From contig CAXMWX010000012.1 of NCBI GenBank assembly GCA_963422205.2, positions 64,001 to 128,000 of the forward strand: 64,000 nucleotides of DNA, in the 5' to 3' direction. The stretch is from Gammaproteobacteria bacterium (GTDB lineage: Bacteria > Pseudomonadota > Gammaproteobacteria > Eutrophobiales > Eutrophobiaceae). Shown piece after piece: positions 31,510 through 41,004 of the stretch (positions are counted from its first letter, which is position 1; each line of letters opens with the position of its first letter). A program made the translations under genes and the position numbers. The notes beneath the pieces were generated by a model that was given only the letters and a program-made list of their open reading frames with translations, was not told the origin of the DNA and did not search any database.

Positions 31510-33939
31510 ATGCGCTTACGCACAGCACTGGCCATCACGATGGCAAAACCACTTTTTATCATCGCCACACTCACATCAGTCGTGCCATCGATCATGCCCG
31601 TGATCGCACAAGCACAAAGCGCCGGGGCGCTGGAGGAGATTTTTGTGACCGCCACCCGCCGTGGCGAGACCGATATCCAGACCACGCCAATTGCCGTCAC
31701 TGCGGTCAGCAGCGCCGACTTTGACAAATTATTCGCCCAGGATATTGGCGAGATTGCCACGTATGTGCCGAACTTTTCCGCCGCCACGGTCACTGGCTTT
31801 AATGCCGCCTCTTTCGCCATGCGCGGTGCTGCCGAGACTGACATCATTGTTTATTTCGATCCGAAGGTGGGCGTTCTGGTTGATGACTTTGTCGTCCCCC
31901 ATGTACAAACGCAGCTACTGGAGCCGTTTGATATTGAGACCATTGAGGTATTGCGCGGACCACAAGGCACCTTGTTCGGCAAGAACACCACGGCCGGGGC
32001 GGTGGTCGTACGCACCAGGCGTCCGGTACTGGATCAGCGCTCGGTTGAGGCAAGTGTCCAATACGGCAGCTTTAACGACATCAAGACCCGGTTTGCTGGT
32101 AACTTGTCGTTAAACGATTCCTTCGCCATTCGCATCGCTGGCATCTACCAGAGCAACGATGGCTACTACCGCAACGGCAAAGTTGATCAGCCCACCAATG
32201 CCTTCGGCGGCGCGGTTGGCGATGCCCTGGCGAGATCCGGCAGCACACTGACCGGCGATGGCCGCGACCTGGGCGGCAAGGACATCTTCTCCGGCAGGTT
32301 CAAGGCACTGTGGCAGCCGATGGAGGGCCTCAGCATACTCGGCCAATATGAGATCATACGTGACTCCAGCGATCCAGTGCCCGTGGTCAACACCACGCCC
32401 GCCAGATCCAGGCAGCTGGCCGAAACATTCGGCTTTCCCGGCATTACCGCCGCTGATGGCGACCCGCTGGATCGTGCCGGCCTGCACCAGAGCGCCATCA
32501 CCGGACTGGATGGCAACCAGCGCGTACACGTGGATGGCGGTTATCTGAATGTGGAATGGGATCTGGGCCAGCATACGCTCTACGCCCTGGCCGGTTATCG
32601 TTACCAGGAATCCAGGCTGCCGAATGAGTACCTGGGCACCACCTACGACAGTTTCTTCTCGGCCACCCGTGATGATGACCGGGAAACCCTACAACTGGAA
32701 GCCCGCATCGCCTCCAACGATTTGCAGAAATTAAATTACGTGGCAGGGGTTTTCTATCAGCAAAACGATGCCGAGTTTTGCGTGCTGCAACAGCTGGGTT
32801 TGCTGGAGTTCTTTGGCACAGGCACTGGCGGTGCTGTCGTGGGTACGCTGGATAACGCCAATCCATTGATCCTGTGCAACCAGCAAGATGCAACGGCCTG
32901 GGCGGTATTTGGCGATATGGTGGTGGATGTCAACGACAGGTTGTCAATCGGCGGCGGTGTCCGCTGGACCGATGAGAAGAAAGACTATGTCGCTCGCCAG
33001 GGCACCCCGGTCACATTATTCCCCGACCCCCAGGCCATCATCGCTAACCCGCTGGCCGGTGCTGACTTCAGCCTGGTGTCCGCTGGCGTTGAGACGGATG
33101 CCAATGACTGGGGCGAGTTGACCTGGCGTGCCACCTTATCCTGGCAGTTCAATGCGGATCTGTTCGCTTACTTTACCGCCTCGCGCGGGTTCAAAAGCGG
33201 CGGCTATAACGATCAGGCCGGCTCCGGCACCTTCGCCCAGTTCCCCGTGAGCTCCTATGATCCGGAGTTTGCCAACAACCGGGAAGTCGGCCTAAAGGCC
33301 ACCCTGCTGGATGGTCGTCTCTTAACCAGTCTGACTTACTTCCATGTCACCTATGATGACTTCCAGCGCAGCAGGGTGGTGGCCGTACCCAATACCGCAT
33401 TCCAGGAAACGCGCACCTTCAACGCTGGCAAATTAAAAGCCCAGGGCATCGAGTTCGAAGGGACGATGCAGCTCACAGAAGGGCTGACGTTGCGGGCGAA
33501 CCTCGGTTGGCTAGATTCTAAATACAGAGAATTCCTGCTCGACCAGGACAACAATCCGGCAACGCCGCCCGATGATTTTAGCGACCGTACCCCGACCCGC
33601 TCGCCAGAGTTTACCGGCGGGCTGGATCTGACCTACCTCTACCCGCTGGCGGGCGGGGATGTGCGCCTGAACTACAACTTCAGCTATGAAAAGGAAAACA
33701 CGTACTATTACGCCGATAGTGCCCGCTTCGATACTGTGCTGGAGGAGCGCACCATCTCCAATATCAGCGCCACCTGGACGGACGCCGCCGATCGTTTTTA
33801 TATCTCCGCCTTTGCCAAGAACCTGAGCGATGATCGTTACCAGACGGCCGCCCAGTATGTCGCCAGCTTATGGACGTTTTCCAACTACGGCCCGCCCCGT
33901 TCCTTTGGCGTGCAAGTCGGCGGCAAGTTCGATTTCTAA
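31510..33939 (+). CDS. TonB-dependent receptor
   Basis: LEEIFVTATRR TonB box, EVLRGPQGTLFGKN plug, GFKSGG, terminal Phe. Confidence 0.95.
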   Translation: MRLRTALAITMAKPLFIIATLTSVVPSIMPVIAQAQSAGALEEIFVTATRRGETDIQTTPIAVTAVSSADFDKLFAQDIGEIATYVPNFSAATVTGFNAASFAMRGAAETDIIVYFDPKVGVLVDDFVVPHVQTQLLEPFDIETIEVLRGPQGTLFGKNTTAGAVVVRTRRPVLDQRSVEASVQYGSFNDIKTRFAGNLSLNDSFAIRIAGIYQSNDGYYRNGKVDQPTNAFGGAVGDALARSGSTLTGDGRDLGGKDIFSGRFKALWQPMEGLSILGQYEIIRDSSDPVPVVNTTPARSRQLAETFGFPGITAADGDPLDRAGLHQSAITGLDGNQRVHVDGGYLNVEWDLGQHTLYALAGYRYQESRLPNEYLGTTYDSFFSATRDDDRETLQLEARIASNDLQKLNYVAGVFYQQNDAEFCVLQQLGLLEFFGTGTGGAVVGTLDNANPLILCNQQDATAWAVFGDMVVDVNDRLSIGGGVRWTDEKKDYVARQGTPVTLFPDPQAIIANPLAGADFSLVSAGVETDANDWGELTWRATLSWQFNADLFAYFTASRGFKSGGYNDQAGSGTFAQFPVSSYDPEFANNREVGLKATLLDGRLLTSLTYFHVTYDDFQRSRVVAVPNTAFQETRTFNAGKLKAQGIEFEGTMQLTEGLTLRANLGWLDSKYREFLLDQDNNPATPPDDFSDRTPTRSPEFTGGLDLTYLYPLAGGDVRLNYNFSYEKENTYYYADSARFDTVLEERTISNISATWTDAADRFYISAFAKNLSDDRYQTAAQYVASLWTFSNYGPPRSFGVQVGGKFDF

Positions 33940-34270
33940 ACGTAAACCCGGATAGATACGCAGATCTCGCTTGCTAGCACTGTGCGCTTAGTTCAGGCGA
34001 TGTCGACTTGGTTGGTACGAACAGGGTAGCAATTGTCCAGAGGTAGCCATACAGCGTCTCGCCGCCTCCACCTCAAAGAGCCGCTGGCCGCCTTATGCTA
34101 AGGTGAGCGCCTTATCTTTGCCGAACAGCATCGGCTTGCTGTGGTGTAGGTGAATGTCAATACTGGCTGGCAAGGATTCAAACCACAGCACCAGTGATGC
34201 CCGCCTCGTTTATATGCCGGGTCAATTTTGTTATATTCCCGCCCCTTTACACCCTGTCAGGATCAAACCG

Positions 34271-35259
34271 GTGCGCTATTTGTTATTACTGTTATCTGTT
34301 ATCAGCTTACCCGCCATCGCGCATGAATGGCAGACCAACAGGCCGGACTCTCATGCACCGATCAGCATCATAAAGCGGGCGAATGGATGCTCTCTTATCG
34401 TTTTATGCACATGCAGATGGCAGGCAATCGCCAAGGCGATCAGGATGTGGCGAACAGCGAGGTGCTGGAGAATTTTATCGTCACCCTAACCCGCATGGAC
34501 ATGAACATGCACATGTTTGGCGGCATGTATGCCGTCAATGATGCACTGACGATCATGGTTATGCTGCCGTATATTGAACTCAGCATGATTCATCCTGGCC
34601 GTATGGGCAGCCGTTTCACCACCACATCAGCCGGGCCTGGCGATGTCAGTTTTTCCGGTCTGCTCGCCATTCACAGCAGCGAGCAACATCGTCTGCATGT
34701 AAACATCGGCTTCTCAGCACCGACCGGCGCGATCGATGAACGTGACAATACGCCCCCGGGCAACGTCATTCTGCCCTACCCCATGCAGACCGGTGCGGGC
34801 AGCTACAGCCTGCTGCCCGGCATCACCTACAAGCGGCCAGCGCGTCGATGGGTCGTGGGGAGGCCAACGCACAGGCACGGTGAGGCTGGATGATAATGCG
34901 GCCGGTTATCGGCTGGGCGATAAGATCAATGTCACGGGCTGGGTCGTGCGCCGCTGGCGTGCATGTTGCCGTACCTCACGGCATCTTGCAGCACAAGCCG
35001 GGTCGAATATAACAGGCCGTGATGTGCGTATCGCCACCACCAACCGGCGGGCATCGCCACCATCCCCACAGCACAGACGCAGCTGCGAGCGGGCAGCAAA
35101 GCCAAGACCGGCATCGGCGTCAACTTCCATCTGCCGGCAGGGATCTTAAGCGGACACCGGCTGGCCGTTGACACCGTCCTGCCAATACAACAAAACCTGG
35201 ATGGGCCGCCACTGAAGACAGACTGGACGATGACGTCTGGCTGGCAGAGGACGTTCTGA
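34271..35259 (+). pseudogene. Degraded Met/His-rich outer membrane transporter-like (putative metal uptake) gene
   Basis: RPDSHAPI then HKAGEWMLSYRFM in another frame (expected MGDH-like linker absent); MDMNMHM; LPYPMQ.G.G; several further frameshifts; ends WQRTF*. Confidence 0.65.
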
Positions 35260-35334
35260 CCATCAACACGATGCTGCCGCCAGCAGGCCAATGCTTGCCC
35301 CTTGCGGCTAACTTGACGCTATAATCCGCCTATC

Positions 35335-36405
35335 ATGCTCCTGCTCATCGCCTATGTGTTGCTCGCCCTGGTGTTCTCGTTTCTTTGCTCAATTGCCGAG
35401 GCCGTGTTGTTGAGCGTGACTGTCGGTTATATCGCCGTGCAGGAGAACGACAACACACCCGTCGGCAAGCTGTTGCGTGAATTAAAAGAAGACATCAACA
35501 AGCCGCTGGCCGCTATTCTCACCTTAAACACCATCGCCCACACCATCGGCGCCGCCGGGGCGGGTGCACAAGCCGCCGCCGTGTTCGGCAGCGCCTATCT
35601 CGGCCTCGCCTCGGCCATCCTGACCTTGCTGATCCTGATCTTCTCGGAGATCATACCCAAAACTCTGGGCGCACATTACTGGCAGCGGCTGGCCCCGCTC
35701 ACCGCGTATTGCCTAAAAGCGCTGATCTGGCTGATGTACCCTTTTGTCAGATTATCCGAATACCTCACGCAATCCATGACCCACGGCCCCAGCCTGCGCG
35801 GCTTTAATCGTGATGAGCTTATCTCCATGGCCGAGCTCAGTTGGAAGGAAGGCCAGCTGATGCGGCGGGAGTACCGGGTGGTGATGAACCTGCTATCCCT
35901 GGACGATACCCGTGTGCAGGATGCCATGACGCCACGCACGGTAGTCTATGCGCTTGATGAGAGCGTAACTGTGGCCGAGTATTTTACCCAGCATGAAGCG
36001 GAAACCTTCTCACGCATCCCCGTCTACCGCAACAGCAAGGAGCAGATGACCGGATTTGTTTTGCGGGGCGATCTGCTGTTAGCCCAGGCGCATGGCAAAA
36101 CACAGCAGGCCATGGCCACATTCCGCCGTGAATTCGCTACCGTCATGGCGAGCATGCCGTTATCGCATGCCTTTAATCTGCTATTGGAACAACGCGCCAA
36201 TATCGTGCTGGTGGTCAATGAGTACGGAGGGTTTGAAGGCATTTTAACCCTTGAAGATGTGCTTGAGACCATACTGGGTGTTGAAATAGTCGATGAGGGG
36301 GACCGCTCGCGCGATATGCAGGAACTGGCACGGCGCTTCTGGCGCCGCCGTCATGGCAGACGGGAGGGCAGCGAGGATGATAATGTGGCGCCGCACCGCC
36401 GCTAA
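35335..36405 (+). CDS. CNNM/DUF21 + CBS domain protein (hemolysin/CorC-like)
   Basis: SFLCSIAEAVLLS, ILTLNTIAHT, SEIIPKT, MTPR, FSRIPVY, TLEDVLE. Confidence 0.92.
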   Translation: MLLLIAYVLLALVFSFLCSIAEAVLLSVTVGYIAVQENDNTPVGKLLRELKEDINKPLAAILTLNTIAHTIGAAGAGAQAAAVFGSAYLGLASAILTLLILIFSEIIPKTLGAHYWQRLAPLTAYCLKALIWLMYPFVRLSEYLTQSMTHGPSLRGFNRDELISMAELSWKEGQLMRREYRVVMNLLSLDDTRVQDAMTPRTVVYALDESVTVAEYFTQHEAETFSRIPVYRNSKEQMTGFVLRGDLLLAQAHGKTQQAMATFRREFATVMASMPLSHAFNLLLEQRANIVLVVNEYGGFEGILTLEDVLETILGVEIVDEGDRSRDMQELARRFWRRRHGRREGSEDDNVAPHRR

Positions 36406-39080
36406 TCCTTATAGCGCCTGAACTGCTCAGGCAGATCGGAAAATGATCCCGGCGTATATTCATCAAACCCTCTCTCATCGATGAAAATAAAATCATACTT
36501 CACTTCAGACTGAATGGTATTCAGGTCTTCGCACCATTGTTTGAGACGCGCCATTTTTTGCGGTAAGTCCATTTCTTCCCGGCCTTTTGTTTCGATGATA
36601 AAAACCTCTGAACCGGATTTCTTCACAATAAAGTCCGGGTAGTAATGACTGATATTGCCATCGGCCTTCACATAATCCAGTTTGAAACGCACCGCTAGAT
36701 AATTTTTAGCATAGGAAATAATATCGTCACACCCTTCCAGGAACCGGGCAAAACTCAACTCCAGGCCGCCGTCCCCGATTATCCTGTTAAACACACTCTT
36801 TTTCGGGACGATATAGTCCTGTTCTTTCACAACGAAAGGCCGGGTGTTTTTAAGTTTAATGGTATCTTTTATCGCTGCATCACCTCTGTCCTGAACGGTC
36901 AATGCATTGATTTTTTGCTTGAACGTTTCAATCACTGTCCGCGTGGCGGCAGGCTCAGACAGATTTCTTAACGTATTGGCATGATCAAGTTCAACCTCTT
37001 CCTTGAAGAGATGCTGTAACACGAATGCTTTCACTTTTCCATACAGCACGTCATAACCACCCACCAGCCGCAAATCTTTTATGATCGTCTGGGTGAAGTA
37101 ACCGATAACGCTGCGGTAATCTGCTGTTTCTGTTTTATCCAGTAAGGTAGTGTGCGTCACTTCCCCTGTTGTGATGTCGCGAAATACAATCTCCCTTTGC
37201 TGCTCCTCACTAAATTGCCGGTATTCCAGTTTTTCATTTCCAAATGCAGTCTCATCCAAATCTATCAGATTTTTATATTCGCGATAGATTCGCGGTGACA
37301 GGATCGGAATTTCTATATCAAGCGCATCAATATTTTTATTTTCCCCGTCCACCTCAATGACGATGGGGGTTTTCGGTTTTGTGTCCTCACCCATGGCCTT
37401 GCGTTCCAGCACCACGCCCTCGGCCTGAATCGATTCAACAAAATCCATGAAAGCATCAGTGCCGACAACACTGACATATTCTTCAACCGGTGCATCCGGG
37501 TACATTTTCCGTAGCCCGCGCCCCAGGGTTTGTTCGGGCAGGATATTGCTCTTGGCTGCATAAGCGCGCAGGCCGACAATGGTGGTGACATTGCGAACGT
37601 CCCAGCCTTCTTTTAAGACCAACACCGAGACGATGGCTTTATACCGGCTGTCCGCACTGTCGATGTCATTCGCCTGCTCACGCAGAAACGCCAGCTCTTT
37701 TTGGTTCTTGCTGGATGCCGCCTCCGAGATCTCGCCATTATTTTTTGTGTGGATGACCAGCACCGCATCTTTTAAGTCCGGATACGTCGCCTCAAGATAT
37801 TCAGCCACCTCATCACAGTTTTTCGTATCATCGGTCATCACAAACAGGATGGATTTCTTATCCATCTTGATATGTTCAGCATAAGCCTTCTGCCATTCCA
37901 TCACGCCCAGGTGCAGGTAATCGGCATATTTCTCGGTATAACGCGAGCTTTGCCCTTCGCTGAGTTTTGCCCGGCTGGCGGCATCGGGCAACACCGGATG
38001 TTTTACAACGTTTTGTGCAATCGCCTCGACCAGCGGATAATCAGCCACCGTCTGAACGAAGATCGCCCCGTTGTTGTGTTTCGGCGTGGCGCTGACATCG
38101 ACCTGTAACGACAACGCCGCCTCTTTTTGCCTGAGCCGGTGATGAATGTCCGCAATCGATTGGAACCAGGCCATTTTCCGATCATGAATATGATGCGCCT
38201 CATCATTGAGTATCACCAGTTCATCAATGTCGCGCACAATATCACCCAGATCCAGGTTTGTATCGGTGGTCGCCCCGGTTGGGCGAGATCCGAGAAAATA
38301 ATCCATGCTGTTCTCATCATCCGGCCCCGGCGGAATATCACTGCCGGCATAGACACGGTGGATATTGGTGAGGAATAGATTACCGACAGGCCGGGTGATA
38401 TTCACCTCATCCTGTAAGTGCAGGGTAAGTTGAAAATCATCCCGCCAGTTTTGTCCATCAATGCCGTTATCCGGCAAAACCGGGTCGGCAAAAAAAATCC
38501 TCAACCCCTCGAAGTCCTTACGCAACCTGTCGAGGACAATAATATTCGGCGCGATGATGAGAAAGTTACGCGCCAGCGCTGAATGGCTTTCATATCGCTT
38601 GTGAAAATAACACCAGGCCAGGATCAAACTCATCACCTTGGTCTTGCCGGTGCCGGTTGCCATCTTGATCACAAACCGCCGCCAGGTTTCATCAAACATC
38701 CCCGTTGACACGGCGCCGGAGGAATCAAACCGCAGCATGTCGTATTTGTCTTTTACCTTGATCACATCATAAAGATAAATGATCGTCTCGACGGCTTCAC
38801 GCTGTCCGAAGTAATAGTTGAATTCGGTCAGTTCGCCATCAGCCCGAGGCAGTAAATGCGTTCTGTTGAACCACCAGGCAAGCAGCGAACGGCTGGTTTC
38901 GGTTGCGCCCTTGTAATGATCGTCCCGCCAGGTCTTAACCTGTTTTCTCAACTCGGCGACCAGTGGCGGTAACAGCTTGTCGTAACTGCTCTCGCGCAGC
39001 GTCTCATCGGCGGGAAACCAGCGGATATCCGGGTTGAGTATCTCGCAGGGTGCTTCAGGGAAATCGGGGTGCAGGGCCAT
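36402..39080 (-). CDS. res: Type III restriction enzyme Res subunit
   Basis: MATGTGKT, DEAHH, EGWD, QTLGRGLR helicase motifs; C-terminal YYPDF...IETKG nuclease. Confidence 0.92.
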   Translation of the reverse strand: MALHPDFPEAPCEILNPDIRWFPADETLRESSYDKLLPPLVAELRKQVKTWRDDHYKGATETSRSLLAWWFNRTHLLPRADGELTEFNYYFGQREAVETIIYLYDVIKVKDKYDMLRFDSSGAVSTGMFDETWRRFVIKMATGTGKTKVMSLILAWCYFHKRYESHSALARNFLIIAPNIIVLDRLRKDFEGLRIFFADPVLPDNGIDGQNWRDDFQLTLHLQDEVNITRPVGNLFLTNIHRVYAGSDIPPGPDDENSMDYFLGSRPTGATTDTNLDLGDIVRDIDELVILNDEAHHIHDRKMAWFQSIADIHHRLRQKEAALSLQVDVSATPKHNNGAIFVQTVADYPLVEAIAQNVVKHPVLPDAASRAKLSEGQSSRYTEKYADYLHLGVMEWQKAYAEHIKMDKKSILFVMTDDTKNCDEVAEYLEATYPDLKDAVLVIHTKNNGEISEAASSKNQKELAFLREQANDIDSADSRYKAIVSVLVLKEGWDVRNVTTIVGLRAYAAKSNILPEQTLGRGLRKMYPDAPVEEYVSVVGTDAFMDFVESIQAEGVVLERKAMGEDTKPKTPIVIEVDGENKNIDALDIEIPILSPRIYREYKNLIDLDETAFGNEKLEYRQFSEEQQREIVFRDITTGEVTHTTLLDKTETADYRSVIGYFTQTIIKDLRLVGGYDVLYGKVKAFVLQHLFKEEVELDHANTLRNLSEPAATRTVIETFKQKINALTVQDRGDAAIKDTIKLKNTRPFVVKEQDYIVPKKSVFNRIIGDGGLELSFARFLEGCDDIISYAKNYLAVRFKLDYVKADGNISHYYPDFIVKKSGSEVFIIETKGREEMDLPQKMARLKQWCEDLNTIQSEVKYDFIFIDERGFDEYTPGSFSDLPEQFRRYKD

Positions 39081-39092
39081 TCATTAGCTATT

Positions 39093-39647
39093 TCACGAAA
39101 AGAGCTGCTTATAATTTATCGAACCAGCACTTCCTACCTTCAAGCACAACATTTTTTCAGGGCTATTATTGGCTTTGTGTTTTTGTTTTTTGACAAATTC
39201 AGTAGGTCTTTTGTTGAGTTTAAAATTTACGATAGCCACAAAGTATTGTTTTTCTGAAGCCGACTTTAAAAAATTAGGATGATTAAAAAATCTTCTGCCA
39301 ATGACAATCAGATAATCCATTAGACATTGGGCTCCTATCAACTGTTGTTTGATGTGTTTTTTTCCATTGGTTTTTCCATATTTCAATTCAACAAATATGA
39401 TTTCATATTCATTGACGATAATATAATCCGCACGTTTGCAAAAGTCCTTATTGTTCTGGCAGTCGATAATTTTATCCGGTGAAAAATTATCTGCCTTTAT
39501 AATCAAAGTTTCACTCGGTAATTTTTTAACATAAATACCGTACTCTTTCCACGTCTCAAATAATTTTGCCTCCCTTTTTCCCGGATCAATATCAACAAGA
39601 GCGGTGGGGTTTAGCAGTTTTTCAAGTAGACAAAAATCAGTCGTCAT
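39093..39647 (-). CDS. Hypothetical protein, putative PD-(D/E)XK nuclease
   Basis: KRADYII...FVELK...KQQL motif; AT-rich; overlaps ATPase stop. Confidence 0.65.
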   Translation of the reverse strand: MTTDFCLLEKLLNPTALVDIDPGKREAKLFETWKEYGIYVKKLPSETLIIKADNFSPDKIIDCQNNKDFCKRADYIIVNEYEIIFVELKYGKTNGKKHIKQQLIGAQCLMDYLIVIGRRFFNHPNFLKSASEKQYFVAIVNFKLNKRPTEFVKKQKHKANNSPEKMLCLKVGSAGSINYKQLFS

Positions 39648-41004
39648 CGCCGTCCCATATAATCCTGTCTTCAATGCGATTCATGTCATTAATGGTGTCG
39701 TCAAAGCTGCGTACTTCAATCCCTGACTGTGGTTCAATCGGTGCTTTCGTTAAAGTCTGGCAGTTTGTTTTTCTCTCATTACCAGGAATTAACACCTTTG
39801 CTTTTTCTGCAATATATACTTTTACCTTATCTGCTGAAATCAGTGCCTCATCAGGATAGCCCTCCTCTTGTGCAATTTTTTTCAGATAGGACTTGTCCTG
39901 ATTCAACAGGATCAATGTGTTTATTTCCTTAATAAAATAATCACTGTGGGTGGTAACAAAGACATTAACTCCGGCATTGACCAAGCAGGCAAACAATCGC
40001 GCTACGAGCCGTTGGTTTTCAGGATGCAGATTGAGTTCAGGCTCATCAACCATCAAAAGATCACCCGGTTTAGCCAGATGATGCAGATAAAAGCCAATAT
40101 CCAGCAAGGAGCGCACTGCGCTGGAACTTTCACTCATTGATAATCGGGTTGATTTTCCAGTAGGCTTAAATTGCACGCCAAGGTTTTTTTTCATGCCATA
40201 GCTGCCACCAATCAGCTCGGCAAATGTGTTCAGAATCTGCGGGCATTGTTTAGCGATATGGCTGGTTTTTTTTGATATATTTTCCAGGTTACGGGTAAAT
40301 TCGACATTAACCTCAACGGGCAGGGCATAATCTTGCGTGCCTTCCAGCAAAAGCTTAAATGGATCAATTTCTTTGGCCCTGCTGATTTCTTTGAGCAAGC
40401 GATTGCGGGCGAAATCCAGTTCTCTGTAGAAAATTGCAGCACCAGTGCGCTCGGCGCTGGCAATAAAGGAACTGGGGAAAACATCCGCAAAGATAATATA
40501 ATAAATCACCTCTGCTATGTAGTCGTTTGGTAAATTTGATCGTGCTCCCGATTCTTTCAGAAAAGCAATTGTTACCATAAAAGAACCGGATTCTTTTTCA
40601 ACAGCAAAAAAATCATTACTCCTGTTAAAAAATTCCCTGTTTAGAATATGCTCTCTGAAATCAAACGAATCGACACTAAATACAAAAGAAGAATCACGAA
40701 AAAATTTCTCATCAGAAGAAAATATATTTGGTAATTCTTTAGTGTACTCCTTGCTTGCTTCTTTAATAATTTCGGGAATGAGTGGGATGACTTGTTCAAG
40801 ATTGATTTCTGTTTGCATATATTTGTAACTAATTTTTTTGGATATTTGTCTTTTCAACAAAAATCTTTGTATATGCAAAAACCCAAAAAGCGCATAGGTA
40901 GCATAGGTTTTCCCGGTATTATTTTTACCGCAGATAATCGTCAGTTTTCCCAGCTCAAATTCCCCGTAACGCAAAGCGCCCAGATTTTCCAGTCTGATCT
41001 TCAT
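39637..41004 (-). CDS. ABC-type (AAA_15/AAA_21-like) ATPase
   Basis: Walker A GKNNTGKT, signature-like SSSAV, Walker B MVDEPE.NLHP, H-loop TTHS; ATGA overlap with mod. Confidence 0.88.
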   Translation of the reverse strand: MKIRLENLGALRYGEFELGKLTIICGKNNTGKTYATYALFGFLHIQRFLLKRQISKKISYKYMQTEINLEQVIPLIPEIIKEASKEYTKELPNIFSSDEKFFRDSSFVFSVDSFDFREHILNREFFNRSNDFFAVEKESGSFMVTIAFLKESGARSNLPNDYIAEVIYYIIFADVFPSSFIASAERTGAAIFYRELDFARNRLLKEISRAKEIDPFKLLLEGTQDYALPVEVNVEFTRNLENISKKTSHIAKQCPQILNTFAELIGGSYGMKKNLGVQFKPTGKSTRLSMSESSSAVRSLLDIGFYLHHLAKPGDLLMVDEPELNLHPENQRLVARLFACLVNAGVNVFVTTHSDYFIKEINTLILLNQDKSYLKKIAQEEGYPDEALISADKVKVYIAEKAKVLIPGNERKTNCQTLTKAPIEPQSGIEVRSFDDTINDMNRIEDRIIWDGDDD

